DNA of 64,000 nt from Azolla caroliniana (taxonomy: Eukaryota > Plantae > Polypodiophyta): positions 4,960,001 through 5,024,000 of the forward strand of contig JBHGNT010000008.1 of the NCBI GenBank assembly GCA_043228905.1, in the 5' to 3' direction. Below are positions 24,886 through 35,024 of this stretch, piece by piece. Below the pieces are notes generated by a model. That model had not been told where the DNA came from and searched no databases. It worked only from the letters and a program-made list of their open reading frames with translations. Position 1 is the first letter of the stretch; every line of letters begins with the position of its first letter. A program made the translations under genes and the position numbers.

Positions 24886-27800
24886 TGTTGGGATTTCGGT
24901 CCCTCCGGATGGGATGTCCGGAGATGAATGACGGCAAGCCCGGAGGCTGTTACGGAACCGTAGGATGAAGAGTACCCGGCATGAAGCCGGATGAAGAGTA
25001 CCCGGTTACGGAGCCGAATGCTGAAGACCCCGGTTACGGAGCCGGATGCTGAAGACCCCGGTTACGGAGCCGGATGCTGAAGACCCCGGTTACGGAGCCG
25101 GATGCTGAAGACCCCGGTTACGGAGCCGGATGACGTATGTACCCGGAGAGAGATCCGGATGCGGGGACATATCTGTGAATATGTTTACCAAGGGCCCTTG
25201 AGGCTATAATTGTAAATAGCCCGAAAGTCATATGTGTATAAATATGACTTAGGGCAAACAGATGATGTTGTTGCTCATTTTTTATGCGAAGTGAGAGCAG
25301 CCGCGAGAGAGAGAGAGAGAGAGAGAGAGAGACGAAGAGGTCGTTGCCTCAGTGTATTACCGCCGCCTGTGGCGAAGACAGTGAGCTCAAGGTTGTTGCC
25401 TTGTAGCTTCATCATTGTACATCTCTGCATATAGTGATGGTTGGAGTTTGAGGACTCCCGTGGTTTTTCCCACTTAGGGTTTTCCACGTAAAATATCCTG
25501 TGTACTCTTCCCCTCATTATCTTCGTGTATTTTGTAATTCCTGTTTTCTGAAAGTTAATCCTATTTCTCGGTTGTGGCCGAGCACTGTGTATAACAAATT
25601 GGTATCAGAGCGACGGTAACACAGGAAATGGAAGGCGGCGGCAGTGGGCCTCCGGGCATGATGGTGTTGAACTCACAGAACTACGCCGACTGGAAGATAA
25701 AGATGGAAGACCTTCTCATCGTCCGAGATCTATACGAACCGATCGACAATGCCGAGATACCCAAGGGGGTAATAGAGTCGGAGTGGAAGCTCCTGAACCG
25801 GAAAGCCGTAGCGACGATCCGGCAATATGTCGATGTAAGTGTCCTGCAACATGTGGCGAACGATACGAACGCCTATGAGATGTGGAAGAAGCTGTCGGGC
25901 CTCTATGAGAGGAAGAATGCGTTGAACCGGACCTCCCTGATGAGGAAGATAGTGAACCTCAAGTACCGGGACGGCGAGAATATGGTGGAACACGTAAGCA
26001 CGTTCATGGGATTCGTGAACCAGCTTGCGGCGATCAAGTTCCCGTTGGAGGATGCAATGCAAGCCATCATTCTGATGTGTACATTGCCGGAAAGCTGGGA
26101 GAACTTGGTGGTGACTCTCAGTACCTCCTGCACCGAAGATAACTTGTCTCTACAAACGGTAAAGACAAGCATTTTGAACGAAGAAGCACGTCGGAGAGAT
26201 AAAGAACCGGCCTCCGACTCGAAGGCGCTGCTTACCGAATCGGAACGAGGAAGACAATGGAACCGGAGTCCGCAAAGACGGGAGAAGTCGGGGACCCGGT
26301 CGCAGTCAAGAGGAAGACCCACATGCTTCCACTGTGGGAAGCCGGGGCACTTCCGGAAGAACTGTCGGCATTACCGAAAGGACAACGGAGCCGACGACAC
26401 CGATTCGAAGAAGTCACCGGAAAGGAACGGTGCATACCGGGGAGCCCCGGACCGGAGAGGTCCGGATCGGCGAGGGCAGGACCGGAAAGGAACGACGGCA
26501 CTCGCGGCAAGTGAAGAAGAGATAATGCTCATTACCGAAGAGAGGGAGCTGAACCTTGCCGGTGTAGAGATGACCTGGGTGGTCGATTCCGGAGCGTCGT
26601 TCCACCTGACCCCGGAGAAGAAATACTTCTCATCCTACACAGCCGGTGAGCACGGTTGTGTCCGGATGGGAAATGAAGGTACGTGCCGGATTGCCGGCAT
26701 AGGAGACGTGTGGCTGATGACATCAACCGGATGCAAGATGCTGCTGAAGGATGTCCGACACGTCCCGGAGGTTCGATTGAACCTGATTTCGGCCGGGAGG
26801 CTAGACGATGAAGGCTACACAGGTAGCATCCGGAACGGCGTAATGAAGTTCAGCAAGGGGAGCCTGATAGTGGCTCGGGCCCGGAAAGACAACACACTGT
26901 ACCTGATGAATGCCCGGTTATGTCCGGAAGAGCTGAATGTGGCAGCCGACACTGCCGGTGAGCTGTGGCACAAAAGACTGTGCCACATGAGTGAGAAGGG
27001 GATGAAGAGGCTTGCAGAAGACAACCTTATTCCAGTGAAGCATGTGCACCTGGAGAAGTGCACCGACTGCCTGGCCGGTAAGCAGAACCGAACCTCCTTC
27101 CACTCAAGGCCACCGACGAGACGTAGCGCACCATTGGAGTTGGTGCATACTGACGTGTGTCAAGTAGAAACGAAGTCACATGGCGGAGCCCAGTACTTCG
27201 TGACATTCATTGATGATCACAGCCGGAAGCTGTGGACGGCACCGTTGAAGACAAAGGACCTAGTGTTGTGTGTCTTCAAAGAACTCCACGCGAGAGTGGA
27301 AAGAGAATCCGGCAAGAAGCTAAAAGCGATACGAGCGGATAACGGAGGGGAATACCGGGGGCAGTTCCAGGAGTACTGTCGCTCGAAGGGAATCCGGCTC
27401 GAGTTTACTGTGCCGAAGACGCCGGAACTGAACGGGCTAGCCGAGAGGATGAACCGGACCATAATGGAGAGGGTCCGGAGTATGTTGGCGCATGCGAAAT
27501 TACCCAAGGGATTTTGGGCTGAGGCAATGTCGACGGCGACGTATGTGATAAATAGATCACCCTCAGTACCTTTGGACGGAGACACGCCGCAGAAAGTGTG
27601 GACCGGTAAGGAAGTGTCCTACCGGCATCTGAAGGTGTTCGGGTGTCTCGCATACGTGCATGTGGCAAAGGACCGGAGAGGAAAGTTAGATCCAAAGACC
27701 CGGCCATGCATATTCCTCGGTTACGGCGACGACGAGTTCGGCTACCGAGTATGGGACCCGGTCGACAAGAAGATATTCAGGAGTCGAGATATCATCTTCA

Positions 27801-30394
27801 TGGAGGACAAGACACTCGCCGACTGGGAGTCGGAGAAGAAGATGAAGAGCTCCAAGTCGACCGGTGAGGATAAACTCTACGAGGAGCAGTCCCAACCGGC
27901 AAGGGACCGGTTAGCACTCGAGGATCCGGCCGAAGACGGTGAAGAAACAGAACCGGCCGAGGAAGATGAAAATGATACCGGAACCGGCCCCGATCCCGAA
28001 ATGGATTCGGATGAAGTAGAATCGGAAGAACCGGTTACCGAAGCTCCGGAACGGAGATATCCTCTAAGAGAGAGAAGGGCCCCCCGGAGATTTCCGGAAC
28101 CAGAGCACGTGCTGCTAACCGACGAGGGGGAGCCGGAGAGCTTTGAAGAAGCAAAACACGACACCCAGAGCCGCAGGTGGTTGAGTGCCATGCAGGACGA
28201 GATGGATTCCCTGCATGAGAACCACACATATGAACTTGTGGAGTTGCCGAAAGGAAAGCGGGCACTTCGAAACAAGTGGGTGTTCAAGCTGAAACCGGGA
28301 GATGCCGGAAACCCCCCGAGATACAAAGCCAGGATCGTGGTGAAGGGGTTTCAGCAGAAGAAGGGCGTCGACTTCGACGAGATATTTGCCCCGGTAGTGA
28401 AGATGACCTCCATCCGGACTGTGCTGAGCATAGCGGCAAGCATGGACCTCGAGGTAGAACAGATGGACGTGAAGACGGCATTCCTCCACGGTGACCTCGA
28501 AGAAGAGATCTACATGCAGCAACCGGAAGGATTCGAGAAGAAAGGGAAGGAGCACCTGGTATGCCGGTTGAAGAAGAGCCTTTACGGACTGAAGCAGGCT
28601 CCCCGGCAGTGGTACCGGAAGTTTGACTCCTTCATGACCGACGAAGGGTATCTCAAAACGCAGTCCGACCATTGCGTGTTTGTGAAGAAGTTCGAAGGAG
28701 GAGACTCTCTAATACTCCTCCTGTACGTGGACGACATGTTGATCGTCGGACGGGACCAGGTCAAGATACGGATGCTGAAGAAGGCTCTTCACCGAACCTT
28801 CTCAATGAAGGACCTGGGTCCGGCGAGGCAAATACTAGGGATGCACATCATCCGGGACCGGAAGAAGAAGCAGTTGTGGCTGTCACAGGAGAAGTACGTG
28901 ACAAAGGTGCTTCACCGGTTCAACATGTCGGAAGCAAGGCCGGTCGGATCAACCCTCCCGGCAAACTGCAAGTTGTCCAGCAAGCAAAGCCCCAAGACAA
29001 AGGCTGAGAAAGAGGACATGATGAAAGTACCATATGCCTCTGCCGTCGGAAGCTTGATGTACGCAATGGTGTGTACAAGACCGGACATAGGATACGCAGT
29101 CGGAGTGGTGAGCCGGTACATGAGCAATCCCGGCAAAGAGCACTGGAACGCGGTCAAGTGGATACTCCGATACCTGAAGGGCACGGCAAACGTGTGCCTC
29201 CGATTCGGCTCCGGTAAGCCCGAACTCGACGGCTTCACCGATTCGGATATGTCGGCTGATGCAGATACCAGCCGGTCCACATCAGGGTATGTGATGACGT
29301 ATGCAGGGGGAGCTGTTTCATGGCAGTCGAGGCTGCAGAAGACGGTTGCGTTGTCAACCACGGAGGCGGAGTACATGGCAGCTGTTGAAGCCGGCAAGGA
29401 AATAATATGGATGAAGGACTTCATTAGAGAGCTCGGTATCCGGCAGGAGGAGTACCGACTCTACTGCGACAGTCAGAGTGCCATCCACCTTGCGAAGAAC
29501 GCGGCCTATCACTCCCGGACGAAGCACATCCAGCGAAGATATCACTGGATCCGGGAAAGGATAGAAGACCAGGAGTTCGTGCTGACAAAGATCCACACGG
29601 ACGAGAACGGCTCAGATATGCTGACCAAAGTGCTCACACCCGACAAGCTGGAAGCTTGCCGGAAGAGGATCGGATTGGAGAGACATCCCATGCCGAAGTG
29701 AAGGGGGAGTTTGTTGGGATTTCGGTCCCTCCGGATGGGATGTCCGGAGATGAATGATGGCAAGCCCGGAGGCTGTTACGGAACCGTAGGATGAAGAGTA
29801 CCCGGCATGAAGCCGGATGAAGAGTACCCGGTTACGGAGCCGAATGCTGAAGACCCCGGTTACGGAGCCGGATGCTGAAGACCCCGGTTACGGAGCCGGA
29901 TGCTGAAGACCCCGGTTACGGAGCCGGATGACGTATGTACCCGGAGAGAGATCCGGATGCGGGGACATATCTGTGAATATGTTTACCAAGGGCCCTTGAG
30001 GCTATAATTGTAAATAGCCCGAAAGTCATATGTGTATAAATATGACTTAGGGCAAACAGATGATGTTGTTGCTCATTTTTTATGCGAAGTGAGAGCAGCC
30101 GCGAGAGAGAGAGAGAGAGAGAGAGAGAGACGAAGAGGTCGTTGCCTCAGTGTATTACCGCCGCCTGTGGCGAAGACAGTGAGCTCAAGGTTGTTGCCTT
30201 GTAGCTTCATCATTGTACATCTCTGCATATAGTGATGGTTGGAGTTTGAGGACTCCCGTGGTTTTTCCCACTTAGGGTTTTCCACGTAAAATATCCTGTG
30301 TACTCTTCCCCTCATTATCTTCGTGTATTTTGTAATTCCTGTTTTCTGAAAGTTAATCCTATTTCTCGGTTGTGGCCGAGCACTGTGTATAACA
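24886..30394 (+). mobile_element. Intact, very young Ty1/Copia retrotransposon (Tnt1/Tork-like); LTRs 24886-25596 and 29712-30394
   Basis: TG..CA LTRs; 5-bp TSD AAGCA; PBS TGGTATCAGAGC (tRNA-iMet) at 25600; PPT GAAGGGGGAG; LTRs differ by one 28-bp unit and one substitution that I could see. Confidence 0.98.
25628..29701 (+). CDS. Copia Gag-Pol polyprotein, 1357 aa, uninterrupted
   Basis: Zinc knuckle CFHCGKPGHFRKNC; protease WVVDSGAS; LWHKRLCH; integrase VHTDVC/DNGGEY; RT QMDVKTAFLHG and LLYVDDML; RNase H FTDSD/STTEAEY. Confidence 0.97.
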   Translation: MEGGGSGPPGMMVLNSQNYADWKIKMEDLLIVRDLYEPIDNAEIPKGVIESEWKLLNRKAVATIRQYVDVSVLQHVANDTNAYEMWKKLSGLYERKNALNRTSLMRKIVNLKYRDGENMVEHVSTFMGFVNQLAAIKFPLEDAMQAIILMCTLPESWENLVVTLSTSCTEDNLSLQTVKTSILNEEARRRDKEPASDSKALLTESERGRQWNRSPQRREKSGTRSQSRGRPTCFHCGKPGHFRKNCRHYRKDNGADDTDSKKSPERNGAYRGAPDRRGPDRRGQDRKGTTALAASEEEIMLITEERELNLAGVEMTWVVDSGASFHLTPEKKYFSSYTAGEHGCVRMGNEGTCRIAGIGDVWLMTSTGCKMLLKDVRHVPEVRLNLISAGRLDDEGYTGSIRNGVMKFSKGSLIVARARKDNTLYLMNARLCPEELNVAADTAGELWHKRLCHMSEKGMKRLAEDNLIPVKHVHLEKCTDCLAGKQNRTSFHSRPPTRRSAPLELVHTDVCQVETKSHGGAQYFVTFIDDHSRKLWTAPLKTKDLVLCVFKELHARVERESGKKLKAIRADNGGEYRGQFQEYCRSKGIRLEFTVPKTPELNGLAERMNRTIMERVRSMLAHAKLPKGFWAEAMSTATYVINRSPSVPLDGDTPQKVWTGKEVSYRHLKVFGCLAYVHVAKDRRGKLDPKTRPCIFLGYGDDEFGYRVWDPVDKKIFRSRDIIFMEDKTLADWESEKKMKSSKSTGEDKLYEEQSQPARDRLALEDPAEDGEETEPAEEDENDTGTGPDPEMDSDEVESEEPVTEAPERRYPLRERRAPRRFPEPEHVLLTDEGEPESFEEAKHDTQSRRWLSAMQDEMDSLHENHTYELVELPKGKRALRNKWVFKLKPGDAGNPPRYKARIVVKGFQQKKGVDFDEIFAPVVKMTSIRTVLSIAASMDLEVEQMDVKTAFLHGDLEEEIYMQQPEGFEKKGKEHLVCRLKKSLYGLKQAPRQWYRKFDSFMTDEGYLKTQSDHCVFVKKFEGGDSLILLLYVDDMLIVGRDQVKIRMLKKALHRTFSMKDLGPARQILGMHIIRDRKKKQLWLSQEKYVTKVLHRFNMSEARPVGSTLPANCKLSSKQSPKTKAEKEDMMKVPYASAVGSLMYAMVCTRPDIGYAVGVVSRYMSNPGKEHWNAVKWILRYLKGTANVCLRFGSGKPELDGFTDSDMSADADTSRSTSGYVMTYAGGAVSWQSRLQKTVALSTTEAEYMAAVEAGKEIIWMKDFIRELGIRQEEYRLYCDSQSAIHLAKNAAYHSRTKHIQRRYHWIRERIEDQEFVLTKIHTDENGSDMLTKVLTPDKLEACRKRIGLERHPMPK

Positions 30395-31303
30395 AAGCAC
30401 TCTACACCCTATCTTACTTTCCTACACCACTATTGTAAGCATGAGACTATGTTTAGTAGCCATGCATTCCCTTTTATCTCTTTATCTCTCTTTGAGTTCA
30501 TATTCCTGGGACTACACTTGGTAGCCAGGATTTTGTATTTATTTTAGACATATTGTATCTTCAAACCTACACTCTTTCGCATAGCATGATGTTTGTCATC
30601 AGGTTACCCCTCCACACTCCCTCCTAATTTCTACTCTACCCTTGCCCCACCCTCTCCTATTTCCAATCCTACCCTTCCCAATTTTAATTTTTCATTTTAT
30701 CTTCTCTTACTTTCTCTTATTCTCATTCGTACCCCTCCCTTTTCTCTTTTCCCTAACATTCTCCATTTGTTCCTTGAGTTTTTTACTTTCTCACCTTTTT
30801 ATTTTTAGCCCCTTCAATTTCATTTCTATTTTAATTTCTATTTTAGTATTTCTGGGCCCCTCTAAATTTTTTCCAATCCTACCCTTCCCAAATTTACTTT
30901 ATGTTTTCTCTTATTTTCATTCATACCCCTCCCTTTTCTCTTTTCCCTACCCCTCTCCATTTCTTCCTTCAGTTTTTATCTAGGCTTTTTTCGCCCCTTC
31001 AATTTAATTTTAACTTTTTGTTTTCGTACTTCTCGGCCCCCCCTAATTTTTTCCTTATAACCTCTTTTCTACCCTCCCCCGCATGTAGCCTTTATTACCC
31101 TCACCCATATCTCACTCTCTTTTACCTTACCTTAGCCTAGTCTCTTCTCTTTTTAAACCCCTCCTCTTTCTTCACATATTATGTACTCTCCTTACCTCTC
31201 TTACTTTTTAGTTACTCATGCCTCTCCACCTCTCTCCCCTTTCTCTCTCTTGCTTTTTCACATTTCCCCACCCTCTCTCCACTCTCTTCCCTATGTCTAA
31301 TCA

Positions 31304-31349
<46 letters not shown>

Positions 31350-31646
31350 TTTCCCCTCTTCCTTTTTTCTAAGTTCCCATGTCTCTAGTTCTATACCTCC
31401 CTTACTCTCCCCATTTTTACCTTTATTGTTACCTTTACACCCCCTTATATTTTTCTAAACACCCACTATTACCCCTTGACATTAAACCCGCTCCCCCTCA
31501 TCATATTTCCCCTTATTATATAGCCTTCTCTTCTCTCCGTGCCCTTTTCAATCATACCCATTAGCACCCTCCACTCCCCACTCCTTATTTTTATTTTTTT
31601 GAAGCCTCTCCTAAACCTCCCTATATAAACACCATTAATCCCCAAA

Positions 31647-31700
31647 GGCCACTTAGCACTAATGAGCTCCATAGGGGGCGAAACTAGTTTGCTCGTGGCC
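31647..31700 (+). ncRNA. Minimal type-I hammerhead ribozyme motif, second copy
   Basis: GGCCAC TT AGCA-CTAATGA-GCTCC ATAG GGGGC-GAAA-CTAG-TT-TGCT C GTGGCC. Confidence 0.72.
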
Positions 31701-31763
31701 ATTCCCATTTCCCCTATCTCATTGTAAACCTTATCTTAATGAAGATTAGTATTGTTTAATACT

Positions 31764-31802
<39 letters not shown>

Positions 31803-32049
31803 GTATGTTTTAATCTCATTTAGTGTTTTATTCTTATGTAGTGTTTTAATATTAGTGTTTTGATCCTTCATCGACCTCTCCCCTCCCTCTATCTCTTCTA
31901 ATCCTTGCCTACACCAAGTTTTGTCTACGATTTGGGTGCGCTCAAATCGATCTTGGTGGTCTCATCTCCCTCTCGACTTATCTACAACCCACCGATGATT
32001 TCACCATTCCACACTTCTTGTACCGTCCAAAAGGTCAACAAAAACACAT

Positions 32050-32731
32050 GAAAAAATATTACTAAGGGCGAAATCCGACACGTCTGCCTCAATGATAAAT
32101 GGTTTTTGTGGATCAACATGGACTAGAACAGGAGCCGATGTAAATGCTTTCTTGAGACCCTCAAAAGTCGTGTCCGCTTCCTTAGTCCAAAGAAACGATT
32201 GTCCCATTGACTTACAACCAGGAAAAGAGCCATTGTGGGGACCGATCTACAACTTGTCACCAACTGAGCTTGAAGTTCTTCGAGCCTACATAGAGGAAAT
32301 TTTGGTTCAAACTGTCAGGGATAGTACTAAAGGCAAGGAGGATTAGTACTCAAGATAGAGAGGAAGAATGAGGGTTAGTACTAAGAAGGGAACGAGTGTG
32401 TGAGAGTCACAAGAGGGGAAGAGAGAGAGGGAGAGAGAATGATGACAACATGAACTATATTATGTGAAGAAGGATACAAGAATAGTTAGGAAGCTTAAGA
32501 CTGGTGTTGAACCGAATCGGTTCTGAATAATGCCATGTGCCTTTTTTATAGTATTGTCAGGAGTACTCCTGAATTTTCTAAAATGTTCCAAAGTAATCTA
32601 TAATATACATGCATTTCCTATAATCAAATAATAAATAAAAATAATATTACAATGTATGGGTTAATGGTATGACTTTCACCCATGTAACACAAGGTTATGG
32701 GTTCAAGTCCTTTTGAAGCCATATCATGACA
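32050..32731 (-). mobile_element. Rearranged chromovirus 5' end: RNase H piece (-), inverted pol piece 32195-32300 (+), PBS 32301-32312 and LTR 32313-32731
   Basis: LTR termini TGTCA...TGACA; minus-strand PBS GTTTGAACCAAA; FTSAPVLVHVDPQKPFIIEAD on minus; DCPIDLQPGKEPLWGPIYNLS on plus. Confidence 0.75.
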
Positions 32732-33820
32732 ATTTCCAATTATGATTATAGTTCATTCATAGAGGATGAAACAATTCAAACACTAATCGAAAGATCCCAT
32801 TAACATAATGTAACTTCAATCAGACCATAGTTGTTAAAAAACATGTATTCTACATTTAGAACACTCTGAAGTATTCTACTTTATATATTTTCCATTTTAT
32901 AATTTTCCATGTATTTAATATTTCAAAAAAGTTTAAAATTTTTGAAATTTTCAAATTCTATTTTTCTTGAAATTAAACTTTAAAATTTAAGAAGTAATTA
33001 ACGTATTTTACATGTAATCTATGTATTTAAAGTATTTTACACTTATTCTAAGTATTTACCGTATTTTATCTATAAAATATATATTCTAAGTATTTTTAAA
33101 GAAGCTAGAATACTTGATGAAGACTTAGCATATTGTGAAATGCACATAAATGGAATCCAAACCAGCTTGCTTAGCTTCTTACTTCCTATTCAATTTATAG
33201 TCGTACAAAGGTACCCATTTGGGTTGGCTTTACTTAGCTACATGCATCCTAACAAGGGTATGCTAAAAGGGTGGCTCAACAGAACACATGTACACCATAG
33301 CATGAAGGCATGCATGCTAAACAAGGGTATGCTAAAAGCGGCACAAAGGAACACATGCACACCCAACATGAAGGCATGCACTTGCATCCAAGGGACACCA
33401 CATTCCCCCCCTGAGAGAAACAAGGAGTTTTACGACATGGGGAAAGGACGAGCGCTAGAAGATGGGCTTGGGGTAGCATAGGGCTTGATGCGGGCAACAT
33501 GGGCGAAGGTGAATCGACCATTGGAATCGCGTCAGAGCAAGTAAGTCGTGGATTTGATTGCATGAACCACGGTGAATGGGTCGATCCATCGGTGCATGAG
33601 TGATTGTTGAGACTTCGCCACCGAACCGGGAAGTAAACAAGGAATTTGGTTCCATCATCATAAGTCGGGGTAATTCGACCCACGTCGTAGTGTCGCTTTT
33701 GGCATTGCTGTGTGACTTGTAGGTTTCGAGAGCTTGCTTGTCGAAGGAGAGGTAGTAGTTGTTGGAGATAGAGCCCCCAAGTGGCACCATCCATATTGGT
33801 AGGTTTGGAATGGACGTCAA

Positions 33821-34216
33821 TGGACGATTCTGGTGGGAGCCGAGGGTCACACCCATAAAGTACTCGAAAAGGGTTGATCCATGTTGACGTCTGAACGGAT
33901 GTATTGTAGGTGTGGGTGACGAAAGGCAAGATTTGATCCCAGGTTTTGTGGCATGGATCGATGTAAGCGGCAATCTCCTGCTTGAGGGTCTTGTTGAGGC
34001 GTTCGGTGAGGCCGTTTGTGGACGATTCTGGTGGGAGCCGAGGGTCACGCCCATAGAGTGCTCGAAAAGGGCTGATCCGTGTTGACGCCTGAACGGATGT
34101 ATTGTAGGTGTGGGTGACGAAAGGCAAGATTTGATTCTAGGTTTTGTGGCATGGATCGATGTAAGCGGCAATCTCCTGCTTGAGGGTCTTGTTGAGGCGT
34201 TCGGTGAGGCCGTTTG
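33821..34216. repeat. 198-bp in-frame tandem duplication inside the integrase
   Basis: TGGACGATTCTGGTGGGAGCC at 33821 and 34019; TNGLTERLNKTLKQEIAAYIDPCHKT appears twice. Confidence 0.9.
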
Positions 34217-35024
34217 TTTGCGGATGGTACGGGGATGTAAACACCTGTTGGACACTTAGTTCAGTTGCAACTGCGTTGAGGACGTCCCCATGGAACTGGC
34301 AGCCCTGATCAGATAAGAGTTGGACAGGGCAACCATGCTGAAAAATTACCTTGTGCAAAAGTTGGGATGTGATTGTTGGCGTAGTGATGTCAGGGATGGC
34401 AACAGTTTCAGCCCATCTAGTGAGGTATTCTGTTATGTCCAAGATATATTTGTCGCCACTAGGGGTTTCGGGAAAAGGTCCCGTGAAATCCCATCCGACG
34501 AGCTGGAAAGGCGATGTGACGGTGATGGGTTGGAACGTTCCGACGAGCTTGCTCGTGGGTTTGATGTGTTGACACAAAGCACATTGGTTGATGTAGGTAG
34601 AGACAGAATGTCGCATGTTGGACCAATAATACTTGAGACGTAATTTTTGAAGAACCTTGTGGAAACCCAGATGACCCAACAATGGGTGGTCATGATAAAA
34701 TTGGAGATACGTCTGTTGTAGGGCATGAGGGATGTAGAGATAGAACTCGTGATGCGCCTAAATGAAGAACACGAAGTTATCACGGAGGATGAACCATCGT
34801 CGTGAGGGAAATGGTTGGAGGGAGCACAATTGATGGGTTATCTCTCGGATGACGGGGTCATGTTGCTAAAGTGTAGCGAGTTGTGGTAGTGGCAGTGGAA
34901 GGTCAAATGTCGCGGGTAGAAATTGGACAGCTTGGAAATCGGCGCGAGAGAGACTATCGGCGACCAAATTGGTTACACCTTTTCGATAGGAGAGGGTAAA
35001 TTGATAATCTTGAAGTGCCAACGT

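Larger units (their letters stand above)
24243..32050 (+). mobile_element. Non-coding element bounded by ~480-bp direct repeats (24243-24722, 31563-32052), each with a hammerhead motif; Penelope-like or retrozyme-like; contains the nested Copia
   Basis: Repeats are colinear by eye; the element interrupts chromovirus RNase H with no clear TSD, PBS or PPT; interior is pyrimidine-rich with no real ORF. Confidence 0.65.

Noticed and set aside
32652-32720. tRNA-like modules as genuine tRNA genes
   Set aside because: Acceptor and anticodon stems do not form convincingly; only A/B boxes and a T-arm are kept, so they are reported as a finding instead.
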